Source: an uncultured bacterium (lineage in GTDB: Bacteria > Oederibacteriota > JAAXVQ01 > JAUVAV01). Taken from it: 64,000 nt of DNA. Below the pieces are notes generated by a model. It made no database searches. It was not told where the DNA came from and worked only from the letters and a program-made list of their open reading frames with translations. Location: the NCBI GenBank assembly GCA_963710755.1, contig CAVQBK010000001.1, forward strand, positions 160,001 through 224,000, in the 5' to 3' direction. Below, in pieces: positions 62,114 through 64,000 of the stretch (its first letter is position 1; each line of letters begins with the position of its first letter). The position numbers and the translations under genes were made by a program.

Positions 62114-62805
62114 CTTTAGACCGTACCAGCATGACTTCTTTCAGTATTGCGGTCGTGTTGCACGCACTTTTAGCTTTTGGCCTGGGCCGATGGAGTTTGA
62201 GTCAGCAACAGCCCAGCGAAATGCCGCTGCTTATTGAAGTCACCTTGTCCGGAAGCAGCGCCCCCCGGTCCGTCAGCGAAGGTGTGAAAAACCCTGGTGC
62301 AGTTGTGGGTGCGCCCGATGAAACGGAATCGGATGAAGCCGGCATGACAGAAGCAGAGCTTCAGGCCTGGAAAACCAAGCGTCGCCGGGAAATCATGCAG
62401 GAATTGGCCAGCACCAAAAATCCTTTGATAATCGGGGAAAATCCCAAGGAAATGCGAAAAAAACAGGAACAGCTGGCCAGTGGACGCGGGGCCGGCGATT
62501 GGGGCACGCCCGGATCACCTACGGGAACGCTTAGCCTCTCCGGCGCCATTGCCTCACGAGGATATAAGGAACCTGATTTTTCAGTTTTAAAAAAAATGAT
62601 CACCGAAGAGACTCAGTTAAAAGTCACTGTAGTGGTGTTACCCAGCGGGGAGGTTAAAAAAGCCCTGCTTTATCAAACCTCGGGTTATCCTTTTGTCGAT
62701 CAAAAAGCTTTGGAACTGAGCAGTAAAATAGTTTTTGACCCCTTGCCCTCCGACTGGAAGCAGGAGGAACAACAAGGGGTTTTGACCATCAAATTAAAGT
62801 TGTAA
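62110..62805 (+). CDS. TonB/TolA-like energy transducer
   Basis: N-terminal TM with S...LH motif; C-terminal V.PSG.V.....TSGY..VD..A..F.PLP. Confidence 0.75.
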   Translation: MTLDRTSMTSFSIAVVLHALLAFGLGRWSLSQQQPSEMPLLIEVTLSGSSAPRSVSEGVKNPGAVVGAPDETESDEAGMTEAELQAWKTKRRREIMQELASTKNPLIIGENPKEMRKKQEQLASGRGAGDWGTPGSPTGTLSLSGAIASRGYKEPDFSVLKKMITEETQLKVTVVVLPSGEVKKALLYQTSGYPFVDQKALELSSKIVFDPLPSDWKQEEQQGVLTIKLKL

Positions 62806-62996
62806 TTAATGAACCACCATACTTCTACCAGGGACCTTCATTAAAATCATGGCTACTCCGGAATTCGTTTCTGGGATGCCGATTATCCTCTTCTTTTTAG
62901 GGAGAGGGATAAAGCGTGAGGGTTACCTTGACTCTCCGCCATTTAGTGCGTGGTAATTTGTTTTGACAACCATTAACCTCAGTTGGTGATAAGTCT

Positions 62997-64000
62997 TTGA
63001 GCAATGCAGCCGTTCCCTCCAATTTAAAGCCCATCCTGGACGAGTTGAATGAAGAACAACTGGCTGCGGTGACGCATAAACAAGGGCCCCAGCTGGTGGT
63101 AGCCGGCGCCGGTACAGGCAAAACCGCGGTGATCACACGCCGCATCGCCTACCTGGTCAGTGCCAAACTGTGTGCTCCCAAAAACATTCTTGCCCTGACC
63201 TTTACCGATAAAGCCGCCGAAGAGATGGAGAGCAGGGTTGACCTTTTGGTACCCTATGGGTTTACGGACAGCACCATTTGCACCTTTCACGCCTTTGGCG
63301 ATAAAGTGCTCCGTGAAGCCGGATTTCTTTTGGGCTTAACCCCGGCTTACCGGGTGCTTTCCACCTCAGAGCAACTCATTTTTCTAAGGGAACATTTATT
63401 TAAATTGCCCCTGCAACGGCTGCGTCCTCTGTCCAATCCCACCAAACATTTGCAGATCATCTTGTCCATTATTTCCCGGGCCAAGGATGAAGATGTCACC
63501 CCTGAGGTCTATCTGGATTATTGCCGGCAATGGGAAGACCGGCTCGCCCCGGAGGCTGAGGCAGCCGAACAATTGGCTCTGGAGAAACAACTGGAGCTTG
63601 CCAATATCTATGCGGCCTACCAACGATTAATGCTGGAACAGGGGTTTGTGGATTTTGGTGATCTTATCACTTTGACACTCCAGCTGTTGCGCCAACATCC
63701 TGATGTGCTCGCCGACTTGCGTCAACAATACCGCTATATTCTGGTGGATGAATTTCAGGATACCAATGCCGCCCAATTTGAACTTATTAGATTACTGGCA
63801 GGTGATGAGGCGAATATCACCGTCGTGGGAGATGACGATCAGAGTATTTATAAATTTCGGGGAGCCGCCATCTCCAATATTTTACAGTTCCGGCAATTCT
63901 ATCCAAACTGCACCCTCAGGGTGCTGGTTCATAATTACCGCTCCACCCAACCTGTCCTGGACACGGCTTACACCTTGATCCGCCACAATGACCCGCACCG
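62997..64000 (+). CDS. UvrD/PcrA-family SF1 helicase, 3'-partial
   Basis: LNEEQ..AV, VAGAGTGKT, LTFT.KAA.EM, TFH, VDEFQDTN, VGDDDQSIY.FRGA, NYRS; frame open to the window end. Confidence 0.93.
   Translation, partial: MSNAAVPSNLKPILDELNEEQLAAVTHKQGPQLVVAGAGTGKTAVITRRIAYLVSAKLCAPKNILALTFTDKAAEEMESRVDLLVPYGFTDSTICTFHAFGDKVLREAGFLLGLTPAYRVLSTSEQLIFLREHLFKLPLQRLRPLSNPTKHLQIILSIISRAKDEDVTPEVYLDYCRQWEDRLAPEAEAAEQLALEKQLELANIYAAYQRLMLEQGFVDFGDLITLTLQLLRQHPDVLADLRQQYRYILVDEFQDTNAAQFELIRLLAGDEANITVVGDDDQSIYKFRGAAISNILQFRQFYPNCTLRVLVHNYRSTQPVLDTAYTLIRHNDPH

Overview
Chromosomal window from a diderm bacterium (TolC, PorV-type barrels, ExbBD/TonB), roughly mid-40s % GC by eye. No integrase, transposase, CRISPR array or rRNA was seen. 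Housekeeping blocks: rlmN-PASTA-rpe, hisG, rarA, hom-thrC-apgM-lysC, trxAB, secA, tRNA-Phe/tRNA-Thr, rpsP-khpA-rimM-trmD-rplS-rnhB-yraN, HU and a partial UvrD/PcrA. Loci that stand out: (1) 9.8-14.4 kb, five small Trp-rich membrane proteins built from lycopene-cyclase/CruF-like repeats, tightly coupled to a sensor kinase and receiver, with no carotenoid backbone genes in the window; (2) 19.6-37.9 kb, T9SS-like cargo/PorV pairs (one PorV fused to OmpA) followed by an MFP, two RND permeases and TolC; (3) a ~110-nt structured intergenic repeat ending in GAGGACGTATTAA, present in 4 copies just upstream of start codons plus one short relative; (4) yraN split at an in-phase A-AAA-AAG slippery site; (5) a lipoprotein-type MEMO1-AMMECR1 fusion with altered signature residues; (6) a TPR / small barrel / ExbBD / TonB module. 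All calls come from motif recognition by eye; no database searches were run.
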